Shown: positions 40,643 to 52,877, counted from the first letter of the stretch. The stretch: 64,000 bases of DNA from an uncultured beta proteobacterium (GCA_963705615.1 CAVPKE010000004.1:414535-478534), one strand, 5' to 3'. Program-made: numbers and translations. The notes: generated from the letters alone by a model not told the origin.

Positions 40643-43058
40643 ATGACGCCAAGTACTCACGCAACCGGGGCGCCGAAGACCGCTGTGGCCGGCACCCGAC
40701 CACTCAACGCCGACGAGCTGCGACTGATCGACGCCTGGTGGCGCGCGTGCAATTACCTCTCCGTCGGCATGATCTATCTGAAGGACAACCCGCTGCTCAA
40801 GGAGCCGCTGCAGTCGGAGCACGTCAAGCATCGCCTGCTCGGCCACTGGGGCGCCAGCCCGGCGCTGTCCTTCGTGTGGGCGCACCTTAACCGGGTCATC
40901 AAGCGTGACGACCTGGACATGATCTTCATGGCCGGGCCGGGGCACGGCGCGCCCGGCGTGCTCGGTCCCACCTATCTCGAGGGCACCTACTCGGAGATCT
41001 ATCCGGACAAGAGCGAGGACTCAGGAGGGGATGCAGAAGTTCTTCAAACAGTTCTCCTTCCCCGGCCACATCGGCTCGCACGTCACACCGGAGACGCCGG
41101 GCTCGATCCACGAGGGCGGGGAGCTCGGCTACAGCCTGTCGCACGCGTACGGGGCGGCGCTCGACAATCCCGATCTCATCGTGACGTGCGTAGTCGGCGA
41201 CGGCGAGGCGGAGACCGGGCCTCTCGCCACGGCCTGGCACTCCAACAAGTTCATCAATCCGATTCGCGACGGCGCCGTGCTGCCGATCCTCAATCTCAAC
41301 GGCTACAAGATCGCCAATCCAACCATTCTCGCGCGCATCAGCCACGAGGAGCTGGAGGCGCTGTTTGTGGGTTACGGATACAAGCCCTATTTCGTCGAAG
41401 GCTCCGAGCCGAGCGAGATGCATCAGAAGATGGCCGCCACGCTCGATGCGATCGTCGCCGAGATCCGCGCCATCCAGAAGAAAGCGCGCGACAGCGGCAA
41501 GGCCGAGCGGCCGCGCTGGCCGATGATCGTGCTGCGCGCGCCGAAGGGATGGACCGGACCCAAGGAGATAGCAGGCCACAAGGTCGAAGGCTCGTGGCGC
41601 TCGCATCAAGTGCCGTTCTCGGACGTGCGCGGCAATCCCGCCAACCTGCAGCTGCTCGAGAGCTGGATGCGAAGCTACAAGCCCGAGGCGTTGTTCGACG
41701 CAGGCGGCCGATTGCTGCCCGAGCTCAGAGCGCTGGCACCGGTAGGAGCGCGGCGCATGAGCGCGAATCTGCATGCCAATGGCGGCCTGCTGCGCAAAGA
41801 GTTGAAGCTTCCGGATTTTCGCGGCTACGCGGTGGACGTGGCGCAGGCGGGGAGAGTGCTGCACGAGAACACCAAGCCCCTGGGTGAATTCCTGCGCGAT
41901 GTGATGCGCGCGAACATGACGAGCTTCCGCGTGTTCGGCCCCGACGAAACCGCCTCCAACCGCCTGCAGTCGATCTACGAGGTGAGCAAGAAGACGTGGA
42001 TGGCCGATCTGCTGCCGGAGGATGCGGACGGCGGGGAGTTGACGCGCGACGGACGGGTGATGGAGATGCTCTCGGAGCACACGCTGGTGGGATGGCTCGA
42101 AGGCTACCTGCTGAGCGGGCGCCACGGCTTCTTCCATACCTACGAAGCCTTCGCCCATGTGGTGGATTCGATGTTCAACCAGCACGCCAAGTGGCTGGAC
42201 ATCTGCAAGAACCACGTGCCGTGGCGCGCCTCGGTGTCGTCGCAGAATATTCTGCTGTCGTCCACCGTCTGGCGCCAGGATCACAACGGCTTCTCGCATC
42301 AGGACCCGGGCTTCATCGATCTGGTGACCAACAAGAGCCCGACGGTCACTCGCGTCTATCTCCCGCCGGATGCGAACACGCTGCTCGCCGTGGCCGATCA
42401 GTGTCTGCGCTCGACCGACTGCATCAACGTCATCGTCGCCGACAAGCAGAAGCACCTGCAGTTCACCACCATCGAGGAGGCCATCGTGCACTGCGCCAAG
42501 GGCATCGGCATCTGGGCCCGGGCGAGCAGCGACGAAGGCGAGGAGCCGGATGTGGTGATGGCCTCCTGCGGCGACGTGGCCACGCAGGAGGCGCTCGCCG
42601 CCACAGCGATCCTGCGCGAGCATCTGCCCGATCTCAAGTTGCGCTTCGTGAACGTCGTGGATCTGTTCAAGATGCAGCCCGCGGCCGAGCATCCTCACGG
42701 CTCGACCGAGCGCGAATTCGACAGCCTGTTCACCGTCGACAAGCCGATCATCTTCAACTTCCATGGCTACCCCTGGCTGATCCACAAGCTCGCCTACCGC
42801 TTCCGCAACCACGACAACCTGCACGTGCGGGGCTACAAGGAGAAGGGCAACATCAACACACCGCTCGAGCTCGCCATTCTCAACCAGGTGGACCGCTTCA
42901 ACCTGGTGATCGATGTAATCGACCGTGTGCCGCGCCTGCAGAGCAAAGCCGCGCATCTCAAGGACAGCATGAAGAACGAGATCATTCGCAACTTGAGTTA
43001 CGCGCGCGAGCAAGGCACGGATCGTACCGAGATCACCAACTGGACCTGGCCGGCGTGA
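40643..43058 (+). CDS. xfp: Phosphoketolase (xylulose-5-P/fructose-6-P), frame break near 41025
   Basis: [78 protein letters not shown] precedes the ATG. Confidence 0.95.
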
Positions 43059-43077
43059 GTTGGTGCCCTCTGGACCT

Positions 43078-43944
43078 CTACATTGCTGAGCTGCTTGCTT
43101 GCCGACTCGACGGGGCGGGGAAGTCAATCGGGTCGACCTTGAGCGGCGACACGCCTGCCGGCGATGCTTCGTAGAGGCGAAGCGGAGAGGACCCGTCGAC
43201 CACGGCCTCTGCTGAAAACACGCGGGGCGCTTCACCCGGGCACAGGGCCCGGTTCGCTTCGTGGTGCGTGTGACCGTGCATGACGTGAAGGTGAGGACAG
43301 CGGTTGAAGAGGTCCAAGAGCACGCTGTGCTCGCTCAGGCCGTCGATCCATTGCAGCAGCGGGATGAACAGGCAGCCGGGGGCATGGTGCTGTGCGAAGA
43401 CCAGCGGTCGTCCATCGAGGCGCGGGTCCTTTGCGATGCCCGCGAGAGACTCGAGCTCGGACGGGGCGATCGCTCCCGCCGAGCGCAGAGGCGATTGGTG
43501 GAAGGCCGTCGACACGGGGACGATCGTCACGTCGCGAAAACGCAGCGCCGTGCCGATCGAGCTCGTGGCCGCATAGGGCTGGAGCGGCCCTTTCATCGCT
43601 TCGGCGAAGGCGCCGCCGTCGATGTAGGCATCGTGGTTGCCCGGCACGAGGGTGATGCGTTCGGCCGGGATGCGCGACTCGCTCAACAGCTCGGCGAGCA
43701 CCTCGAACTGCTCGAGGTGGCCGTCCTCGGTCAGATCGCCCGTGATGAGCAGATGATCGACGCTCCTCGCCTGGACTTCCTCCAGGGCGTCAGCGGCCCG
43801 CTTTCTTCGCTCGTCCGGATCGAGGCGTCTGCCGAAGCTCAAATATGAAAGTCGGGCGCGCGGCCCGAACGGCCGAGTCGCATAGCTATCCTCGAGGAGA
43901 TGCAGGTCCGTGAGCTGTGCGATCGTGGCCATGTCCGGCTTCAT
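43078..43944 (-). CDS. Metallophosphoesterase (calcineurin-like)
   Basis: Intact, 288 aa. Motifs QLTDLHL, ITGDLTEDG, VPGNHD, HHAP and GHTH. Confidence 0.8.
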   Translation of the reverse strand: MKPDMATIAQLTDLHLLEDSYATRPFGPRARLSYLSFGRRLDPDERRKRAADALEEVQARSVDHLLITGDLTEDGHLEQFEVLAELLSESRIPAERITLVPGNHDAYIDGGAFAEAMKGPLQPYAATSSIGTALRFRDVTIVPVSTAFHQSPLRSAGAIAPSELESLAGIAKDPRLDGRPLVFAQHHAPGCLFIPLLQWIDGLSEHSVLLDLFNRCPHLHVMHGHTHHEANRALCPGEAPRVFSAEAVVDGSSPLRLYEASPAGVSPLKVDPIDFPAPSSRQASSSAM

Positions 43945-43974
43945 CCGGGCAGGGGGACGGGAGGGCGACGAAGG

Positions 43975-45158
43975 TCATGCGCGCACCGTGCCGCGGACGC
44001 GGCCGCGAATTCTCGGTTCGGCTGGAACGATCGCGGAGTCGCGGACAAGCTCGACCTGGTGACCGCGCCAGGTGACGCGCCGGCTGCTACACGCCCTGAG
44101 CCAACAGAAGAACAAGAGGTAAGATCGCACGATCTCGAGCGGCGCCCAGTACCAGCGCAGCGCGACGCCGCGAAGCGTGCGGGTCGTGACTATGGCGCAT
44201 GCGTCTGGACGACCGCCGCAGACAGGAGAGCGAGGCCGAACAGTCTGCGTCGGTGAGGCCACACACGCCAAGGTGGTGATCACGACGGGCGACAGGGCCG
44301 GCTCGATCGCGAACGCCAGCGGGCGCGAGAGCGCGCCTGGTCTGCGCCCAGCGCGTGTGGCGCGCGATCGTTCGCTCGAGCGAGCAGTCCACGTTCCGGT
44401 TCTCCACCGGCCAGAGCGACACGCGCACCTGGTAGCCGGCCCGCGCGAATGCCCTTCCCAGCATGTGATCGTCGGACAGAACATGCGCGACGCGCGCGAA
44501 GCCGCCGATGCTCTGGAGCGGCTCGCGCCACATCGCCATCGACTTGCCGAGCGTGATGGTCCTGCCTAACACGAAAGCCGAGGCGGCGATTCCGGGCGCG
44601 ATGATCGCGCCGAGTTGCAGGTTCTCCATGGCTGCGCCGAGCGTTCGCTCTCCGGTGCCCGCGACCAGGTTGGACACGGCGCCGACGCCCGGGAACGACA
44701 GCTCGGCGAGGAGCGGATCGAGGTAGCGGGGCGTGACGCGCACGTTCGAATCGGAGACCACGACGACCTCGCCGCTTGCGGCCCGCTCGAGCGCGAGCAG
44801 CTGCGCCACCTTCGGGTTGGTGGCAGCGTCCGGATCGGTCACGATTAGGCGGACCCGCTCATGGCCCACCCGTCTCGACGAACTGGCGCGCCACAGGGTA
44901 GGCGTCATCGTCGACGGACGCCACGCCTAGAATGATCTCGTAGTCCGGGTAGTCGAGCGTCGCAAACGACGAAAGGTTCTCGTCCAGCTCGTCGTCAATG
45001 CCCGCCAGGGGCTTCAAGATCGAGACGCGCGGAGTGTTCTGTGGCGCTCGAGCCGGTGTCCGGCGGCGCATCGCGACGAGGAAACCCGAGACCATCGTCA
45101 GATAGAGCGCCGCCGAAGCCGCCTCGAGCGCGAGAAGGGCGCCCTGCACGGCATCCAT
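43975..45158 (-). CDS. GT2/GT21 glycosyltransferase (ceramide-glucosyltransferase / HpnI-like), several frame breaks
   Basis: PRVSILKPLAG.DDEL..NL.SF..LDYP.YEI.LGV, SDSNVRV.P.YL and an HTRW motif. The C-terminal TM region is spread over frames down to 43975. Confidence 0.7.
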
Positions 45159-45373
45159 GGGCGCGCAGCTTGACCTGCCAAGGTGACAAATTCCGGACAA
45201 ACATGTGAACCTTTTTCTTGACTACCAGGAAGCTCAGCCGAACAACTCCTTCCCTGGCTTGCGGGGACAACACGCCGCAGGGCGGCTTGTTGCGGCGGAC
45301 ACTAACCTTCAGGTTACGTGGTAGCCAAAGGCGGGGATGGGCGAAAGAGGCTCTCCCCCGCGGCCGTCCATCA

Positions 45374-46598
45374 TCAATGCGCTGGAGCGGCCTTTTTCGC
45401 GTTGCCGGCGGCTGCATACAGGACAACGTAGCCTGCGAGCGCGCAGATGAGCGAGCCGCCCAATACACCAATGCGCACAGCATCGCTGTATTCCGGCGCC
45501 TGGAAAGCGAGAGTGCCGATGAACAGGCTCATGGTAAATCCGATGCCGGTCAACAGCGCCATGCCGTAGAACTGGGACCACGTGGCCCCTGCTGGTGGGC
45601 TGCCGAGGCCCAGTCGTACGGCGAACCACGTCGAGCCCATGACGCCGATCTGTTTGCCCAGAAAAAGTCCCAGTGCGATGCCCAGCGTCACGGGGTCGAG
45701 AATACTGCTCAGCGACAAGCCCGCGAGCGATACGCCCGCGTTGGCGAAAGCAAAGACCGGCAGGATTCCGTAGGTGACCCACGGGTGAAGCATGTGCTCC
45801 AGGTGGCGCAGCGGCGAGTCGCCGTCGCCCTTCGTGCCGCGCAGCGGGACAGCGAAGCCGAGTGCGACCCCCGCAAGCGTGGCGTGCACGCCCGACTTGA
45901 GCACGCAGACCCAAAGAAAGATGCCGACCAGTACGTAGGGCGCGATGCGTCTGACGCCGGCGAGATTCAGGACGATCAGCGCCACAACGCCCGCCGCCGC
46001 CAGGCCCAGCGACAACAGCGAGAGGTCGCCCGCATAGAAGACTGCGATGATGACGATAGCGCCAAGGTCGTCGATGATTGCCAGAGCCAGCAGGAAGATC
46101 TTTAGACTGCTCGGAGCGCGCTCCCCCAGAAGGGCCAGCACACCGAGCGAGAAGGCGATGTCCGTCGCAGCCGGGATCGCCCAGCCGTGCATCGTCACCG
46201 GGTCGCCCCAGTTGATCGCCGAGTACACGAGCGCCGGACCGAGCATACCGCCCACCGCGGCGATGCATGGCAGTGCAGCCTGCCGTATGCTGGACAACTC
46301 GCCCTGCAGAACCTCGCGCTTGATTTCGAGAGCGACGAGCAGGAAAAATACCGCCATGAGCGCGTCGTTGATCCACAGGAGCAGTGGCTTGTCGAGCGCC
46401 AGGGTTCCCGACGTGAACTCCGACGTGCAAGCCGAGCAAGTCGCTATACAACAAACGCCACGGTGAGTTGGCCCAGATGAGCGCAACGATCGCAGCAACA
46501 ACCAGCACAATGCCGCCGGCAGCCTGCAGGCGAAAGAACTCTTCGATGAGTGTCAGTGCGCCAGATTGGCGCTGCGGTGATTGCGTCTTGTCGCCCAC
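45374..46598 (-). CDS. nhaA: Na+/H+ antiporter NhaA, frame break near 46450
   Basis: [19 protein letters not shown]...[21 protein letters not shown] and IDDLGAI.IIA.FY, typical of NhaA. Confidence 0.9.
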
Positions 46599-46641
46599 GG
46601 CTGCTCCAAGATACGGTCCATCTACGACATCGGCGCCATAG

Positions 46642-46782
46642 AATACCGGCTTTCCCGAATGCGGAAGGTCGCATCAACTGCTGGACACGCCCGAAGGCCA
46701 GGCCCGGATGGCGGAAGGGGTCATGAAGCTCGTTGGGGCGATCTACGAACTGAAGACCGGCCGCGTGCGGTTCCTGCCCTGA
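46642..46782 (+). pseudogene. Possible 3'-terminal remnant of a beta-carbonic-anhydrase gene
   Basis: A start-less 46-codon ORF ending ...RMAEGVMKLVGAIYELKTGRVRFLP* resembles beta-CA C-termini (..L.V.G..Y.L..G.V). It sits alone on the + strand between minus-strand genes. Confidence 0.3.
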
Positions 46783-46834
46783 AAGGCCGCCGGCCGTCGT
46801 GCCGGGCGTGGACGCGCAACGATGCTCGCCTGCG

Positions 46835-47684
46835 CTAGAACTTCTCGGGGATGTACTTGAACGGATAGTCCGGCTCGCGATAGCCGCCGGGCTTCTGCCG
46901 GTCCGGCAGCTTCACCTTCTCGCGCGGCGCCTCCTTGTACGGGATCTTGCTGAGGAGGTGGGTGATGATGTTGAGGCGGGCGCGTTTCTTGTCGTTCGAG
47001 ACGGCTACGTACCACGGCGCCCACGGCGTGTCGGTCGCCTCGAACATCTCGTCGCGCGCCCTGGAGTAGTCGTACCAGCGGCTGTAGGATTTCAGGTCCA
47101 TCGGCGAGAGCTTCCAGATCTTGCGCCCGTCGTCGATGCGCGCCGCGAGGCGGCGAGTCTGCTCTTCCATGCTCACTTCCAACCAGTACTTGATCAGGAT
47201 GATGCCGGATTCGATCATCAACTTCTCGAAGGCCGGGATCGCCCTGCAGAAAGCGCTTCGCCGTCTCTTCCGAGCAAAATCCCATCACCCGCTCGACGCC
47301 AGCGCGGTTGTACCAGCTGCGATCCCAGATCACCACTTCACCCGCCGCCGGCAGGTGCGGCAGGTAGCGCTGCGCGTACATCTGGCTTTTCTCGCGATCG
47401 CTCGGTGCCGGTAACGCAACGACGCGGAATATGCGCGGGCTCACGCGGTCGATGATCGCCTTGATGGTGCCGCCCTTGCCGGCGCCGTCGCGGCCCTCGA
47501 ACACGATGCACACCTTGAGGCCTTTGTGCACCACCCACTCCTGCAGCTTGACGAGCTCGGCATGCAGCCGGGCAAGCTCTTTGTCATAGTCCTTTCGATT
47601 CAACTTTTCCTTCGGCTGCGAGGCGGCCGGCTTCGTGGCCGTCCTGGTTCTGGCAGCCCTGGTTTTGCCTGCTTTGGTTTTCAT
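46835..47684 (-). CDS. ppk2: Polyphosphate kinase 2 (single-domain PPK2), frame break near 47230
   Basis: LQEWVVHKGLKV.IVFEGRDGAGKGGTIK.I......R..RVVALP.P..RE..Q.Y.QRY..HLPA.GE.V..DRSWYNRAGVE.VMGF and KYWLEVS.EEQ.RR motifs. Confidence 0.9.
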
Positions 47685-47734
47685 GGCTTCATCTCCGCTC
47701 TTCCTTGTTTGCCCCGACTGTACTGCGCCTCGGC

Positions 47735-49428
47735 TCAGCCGCCGCCTTCGGACGCCTGCTCGTACTTCTTCACCGCCATCTGCAGGTTGAAGAACATCCG
47801 CTCCCGGCCCAGGGTCTTGCCGATTCTCGAACGGTTGACGACCGCGAGCACGTCCGGGTTGAGAGCCGCAAGCCACAGCTGTGATGCCATCGCTCCGCAG
47901 CCTCTCTTCCGCCTCGGCGAGCATCTTGAGCGCAGTGTATTCGATATCGAACACGGCGCTGAAGTCGATCAAGACGACGGATGGCTTGGTCTGCTCGACC
48001 AGCGGCCACATCTTGTCCCCAATGCGTTGGGCGTTGGCAAAGAAGATCCGCCCCTCGGTTCGCAGTATCAGCAGGCCGGGCCAGGTCTCGTCCTCCGGAT
48101 GCTCCTCCGACAGCGGTCTGAAGACATCTGTTCCGCGTTTGCGGCCGAGCACGTATACGGGCGGGTTGTACGCCTGATATGCAAGCGCAAGCAGCGAGGC
48201 GATCACGGCGACCACAATCCCCTTCAGCGTGCCCAGGAGGGCGACGCCGGCGAAGGCGATGACGGCCCAATAGAATTCTGTCGTGCGCACTCGGGCGATA
48301 TCGCGAAACTCCGCGGGCCTGATCAGACCGACCGAGTAGACCACGACCACTGCTGCCAGCACCGCATTCGGCATGAGCGAGATGAGCGGGGCCAGAAGCA
48401 GCAGCGTCGCGAGTGCGGCTGCCGCGGTGACGATTTCGGCCATCTGCGAGCGCGCGCCGGCAATACGATTGACCGCCGTTTGCGACGTGCCGCCGCCTGC
48501 AGGCATGGCACCGAAGAAGCCGCCGGCGACGTTCGCCACGCCGACGCGCCAGCAGCTCCTGGTTCGGCAGTGGACGCGACTCGCCGGGTTTCGCGAACGC
48601 GCGCGCGGCGGCGATGCTCTCGGTGAAGCTCATCAAAGCGATGCCGATGGCGGCGGGCCACATCTGCGCGACAAGGTCGAGCTGCGGCCAGACCAAGGTC
48701 GGAAGGTCGCGCGGAATGTTTCCCACCGTTTCCACGCCGGCGTGCGGCAGACCCAGGAGGCCGCAGGCGGCAATCCCCACTGCGACGGCGATGAGCGGGG
48801 CCGGCGCCCGCGGCATGAAGCGCTCCAAGCCGAACATCAGCACGAGCATGACCAGGCCAGCGCCAGCCGCGGTCGGCGAGGTCTGGGGCAGGTGCTGAAC
48901 GATGGCCAGGATATCCCTGAAGAACCCCGTCTTCTCGATGTGGAACCCGAGCAGCTTCGGGATCTGATCCACGACGATCACCAACCCGATGCCCGATTTG
49001 AAGCCGGCCAGCACGGGCTCGGAGATGAAGTTGGCGACGAAGCCGAGCCGCAGCAGCGAAGCCAGCACCAGCATGGCGCCCACCAGGATTGCCAAGGTGG
49101 CGCCCGCGATCGCCAGTTCCGCGGCCCCGCCATTGGGGACCGCCTCACCGAGCTCGGCCGCAGCCAGAATGGCAATCGTTGTCGTGGTGCTGACGCTGAG
49201 CGGCCGCGATGTGCCGAGCAGAGCGTAGACGACCATCGGCACGAACACCGTGTACAAGCCGACCTGTACCGGCAGGCCCGCGATGGTGGCAAACGCCATC
49301 GCCTTGGGAATGACCACCGCAGCCGCTATCAAGCCGGCGGTGACATCGGCGCGCAGCCATCGCTTCGGATAGCCGCGCAGCCATGCCAAACCCGGAATGA
49401 GTCCCGGCTGATTGGTTTTGCTATTCAT
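47735..49428 (-). CDS. SulP-family anion transporter with C-terminal STAS domain, frame breaks near 47880 and 48550
   Basis: D..AG...A...IP.AMAFA.IAGLP...GLY, NQELLA.G.AN and a STAS tail ...LWLAALNPDVLAVVNRSRIGKTLGRERMFFNLQMAVKKYEQ, with the stop at 47735. Confidence 0.85.
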
Positions 49429-49504
49429 CTTGGTGGACTCGGAGACCGTGGCCCGCATTGGGCCGCGGCACGCGCGAGCAGCGCGCCGTCGCCCGTGCGC
49501 ACGA

Positions 49505-49925
49505 TCAGGCCGCGTCTGGTGTTGGCGCCGCGGGCGCGGTCAAGGTCCGCATCGCCACCACGAACTCACTGGCCTCAGCCGCCATGCTCGCGGCTTCTTC
49601 TGCCTGGGTCTCGGTCAGCGCAAGGTAATCGGCGCGCTGGCGGGCATCGAAGAGGCGGTCGAAAATGCGACCGAAACGCGGGTCGAGCAGGCCTGGTTTC
49701 ACGAGCGTCTGGTGAATCGCCGCACGGACACCTGTGTGCTTCACGAAATGCCGGCCATGGGCCAGCAAGACCGCACTCGCTGAATAGAAGGCGGCGTAGT
49801 ACGCGCGGTTCGACCGCAAAGTCGTGCCTGCCGGCCCGCAACTCGGACTGAGCGGACTCCAGCGCATCGGCAGACTTGCGCAACCAATGTTGGACTGCCC
49901 GGTCTCGCGCCTCTTCCTCGGTCAC
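49505..49925 (-). CDS. HEPN-domain protein (toxin of HEPN/MNT pair), frame break near 49815
   Basis: WLRKSADALESA..EL..G....A.NRAYYAAFY.A.A.L...G...KH.G........LV ... FD.R.RADY. The GTG start overlaps the MNT stop (GTGA at 49922-49925). Confidence 0.75.
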
Positions 49926-50266
49926 GCAGCGATCCCGTCTCGTTCGATCTCGCGGTGCAAAGGCAACACCGAGTACAGACCTGCCTCCCACTCTGTCGTG
50001 GGCACGACCAGCGGACTGAGCAGCACGTCGTAGCGAAGCTGGGTGTCATACAACGCGCCGACCACTGCCTCGCGCTCTCGCCAGGTGAGCTCCCGCGAAG
50101 TCAATACCAGCAGGTCGATATCGGACTCCGCATCGTCGGTTCCCCGCGCCTTGGAGCCGAACAGGATCACGCGCTCGACGGGGAATCGCGTGAAGAGTAT
50201 GTGCCGCGCGGCCTTGATAGCTGTTTCGTCGTTGGGCGATAGACCAAGCTGCTCCAGCGTTCTCAT
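49922..50266 (-). CDS. Minimal nucleotidyltransferase (MNT antitoxin-type)
   Basis: 114 aa from ATG 50266. NTase motif ILFGSKARGTDDAESDIDLLVL. Confidence 0.8.
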   Translation of the reverse strand: MRTLEQLGLSPNDETAIKAARHILFTRFPVERVILFGSKARGTDDAESDIDLLVLTSRELTWREREAVVGALYDTQLRYDVLLSPLVVPTTEWEAGLYSVLPLHREIERDGIAA

Positions 50267-50424
50267 GTGTCGTCCTGTCGAGCCGTGCTCAGCGCCCTTC
50301 GTTCGGTGCGGCCCCACACCACCGCTGCGATGTGTCGGGGGGGCGGCCAATGCGATTCTACCATCCCGCTCGCGCACCTCATAAGTCGTGCCGGATCATC
50401 TCGGCCGCCTTCTCGCGACCTGGC

Positions 50425-51950
50425 TCACCATTTGACCACGAACTGGAACTGGAACACCACGGCAGGTCCGGGATCGGGATTGAATGCGGGGTTCCACACG
50501 ATCTGCAGGTCGGGCTGCACGACGCTGGTGGGCGAGAGCTGCAGCGTGTAGAAGGTCTCGAACACGTACTCGTTGTCGTGGTACACGGTCTTCGTCGTCG
50601 CGGAGGGCTGGCTCCAGACGAAGCCCACGCCGAGCAGGTCGTTGGTCAGCCGCGGGACCCATCCGGCGTATTTCAGCGGCGCGTTCATGACGAAGCCGGT
50701 GCCGACCTGCGCCTTGGCGCCGCCGGAGACTTGCGAGCCGCCGACGCCGAAGCGCCCGAACCATCCGAACGGCGAGCCGGGGCCGAGCTGCTGCTCCAGG
50801 TTGAAGCCTATCCCGCCCTGCACAGGTCCATCGGCGCGGGCCAGGAACGGCTGGACGCGATAGACGCCCCGGCCGAGACCGAAGAAGTCGCTTGTCATGT
50901 AGCCGATTTCCCATTCCAGCGACCACGCGTCCCAGCTGAAATTCGTTCCCGGCGTCTGGCCGGCGGTAGCGTTGCCGACCGAATAGCCGAGCATGCCGTA
51001 CCAGTCGTTGCTCGGCTGCCACTGCAGGTTCAGAGCGTAGTCGTAGGACGGCAATGGAAGCACCATGCTGTTGACTAGCGCCGAGTTGATGAACTGCCCG
51101 CGGCCGGAGTTGGCATAACCGTTGACATCGAGATAGTTGCCCTGGTTGATCACACCCGCGAGCGCGACCCATCGCCCGGCGTCGAACGACTGCTGCCACG
51201 CCAGTTCCGGCACGCGCCAGCCGCTGTGACTGGAACGGAACTGCAACGGATTGGTCAGGGAGCCGATGTTGGCCTGGACGCTCTGCTCCTGCCCGGCACC
51301 GCCCAGCGCGGTCTGATATTCGATCTGCGTGCTGAGCCAGCCCGCAGTGCTATGGTCCCCGCGACGATCGAACACCGCCCACTTGGCTGCGAGATCGAGG
51401 TTGTAGTTGCCCAGGTCGTTGTCGCCTTGCATCACATCGGTCATGCCGGAGTAGGTGAACGTCTGCGCGAGGGAGTAGCGCAACCCCCGGCCGGATAGCC
51501 AAGTCTTGCTTCCCTGCACCAGTGGTTCCAGCGGGACGTCGTCGACAAGCGGCCCAGGCCGAGCGACCGTGTTGCCGAACTCGTCCTGACTGTACAGGTA
51601 GGGCATCAGAAGCGGCGGCGCCGCCGGCAACCACTCGAACGCCGGCAGGCTCTCCCGCATCGACTGTTGCTTCTCCTGCACTTCGGGCGACAGCTTGACG
51701 CCCTTTTGCGGCATCGGCATCTGGTATTTCAACTCGGTCTGGGAGCGGGGCCGCAAGCCCTGAGGCATGCTCTCCATCGGCGTGGGGACGGGTCGCCCCA
51801 GGTTGTCGAGTAGCAGCACGTCGCCCGAGGCGGGTTCGGGGAGCGTCTGTTCCGCAGCCCAGAGGCTCGGGGTCCCGGCGATGAACAGCGCTCCTATCAG
51901 TGCTTGCGGGTTGCTTCTTATTCGACTTCTCCAGCCGCAGTGACGGATTC
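50425..51950 (-). CDS. OprB-family carbohydrate-selective porin (start uncertain)
   Basis: The C-terminal two thirds match the OprB pattern, ending ...ETFY.LQL.P...VQPDLQ.V.NPA.NP....AVVF.FQF...W. The signal peptide QALIGALFIAGTPSLWA is readable, but no in-frame start was found. Confidence 0.75.
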
Positions 51951-52045
51951 ACTCGTTCCCAGACGAGCTGCATCCTCCCGCGCAGCGGCCGCGTGCTGCT
52001 GGGCTGCGGCCGACTCACCAAAGAATATGCAGCGTGCGCCGGCCC

Positions 52046-52877
52046 TCAGAACCTGAACGACGCGCCCAGGGCGGGTCCGGTCATGCGCAGGTCGAGTTGG
52101 CTGTTGTCGTGTGAAGTTGTACGAGAGGCTGCGCACCACGAACACCACGTCGCCCCAGGCGAAACGGTAGCCCACGCCCAGCAGCGCCTGCCAGGTCGAG
52201 TTGCTCGAACCCGCGCCGATGTCGGCGTAGTAGGGCATGAACCATTTGCTTTCGCCGAAGCGCACCTCGCCTTTCAGGCCTACGATCCCGTCCCATTCGT
52301 TCATCGTCTGCGAGACATTGCCCGATTGCGCCAGCGCACCGGTCGGCCCGCTGAAGCTCCAGCTGAGCGAGGTGGAGAGGCTCAGCAGGCGCGTCCCGGC
52401 GAACAGATCGAGAGATACGTCCGGCTTGTGCAAAACCGTGTAGCCTCCGGCCAGTGTCCATATGTTCCCGACAATGTTCGTCGAGCCGCCCGTGTTGATC
52501 GGCTCCGTCACGATTCCACCTGGGCCGGTGACCGATTTGACCGCCGACTCGTGGCCGCCCAGGTGAAGATACATGTAGTCGGTGAACACCAGCCAATTGT
52601 CCTTGCGCCCCTCGGCGGTGAACATGGCCGCGAAGTCGAGCGACTCGAGATAGCTGCTGGGGTCGACCTGCGAGGTGACGCTCCCGCCGGCGCCGGCCGG
52701 ATTGGTGTACGTGACCGTTCCACTGATGTCCGGCAGCCACAGGTAGGGCGTGACGGTGAAATGCCACTTTCCGTCGGACTTGTCCTCCTCGGCGCCGACC
52801 GGCGCCGCGGCCGCGACGGCGATTGTCGCGAAAAGCGTAACGGCCAAGCATCTCTTGACTTCGACGGCTCGAATCAT
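52046..52877 (-). CDS. Outer-membrane beta-barrel protein, frame break near 52110
   Basis: Signal peptide. Alternating beta-strand pattern. After frame correction the C-terminus reads ...LDLRMTGPALGASFRF, with a terminal aromatic. Confidence 0.7.

Noticed and set aside
46743-48539. Apparent 598-aa SulP-PPK2 fusion protein
   Set aside because: This is an artefact of a frame break near 47880. In the correct frame the SulP STAS tail ends at TGA 47735-47737, and PPK2 has its own ATG at 47684.
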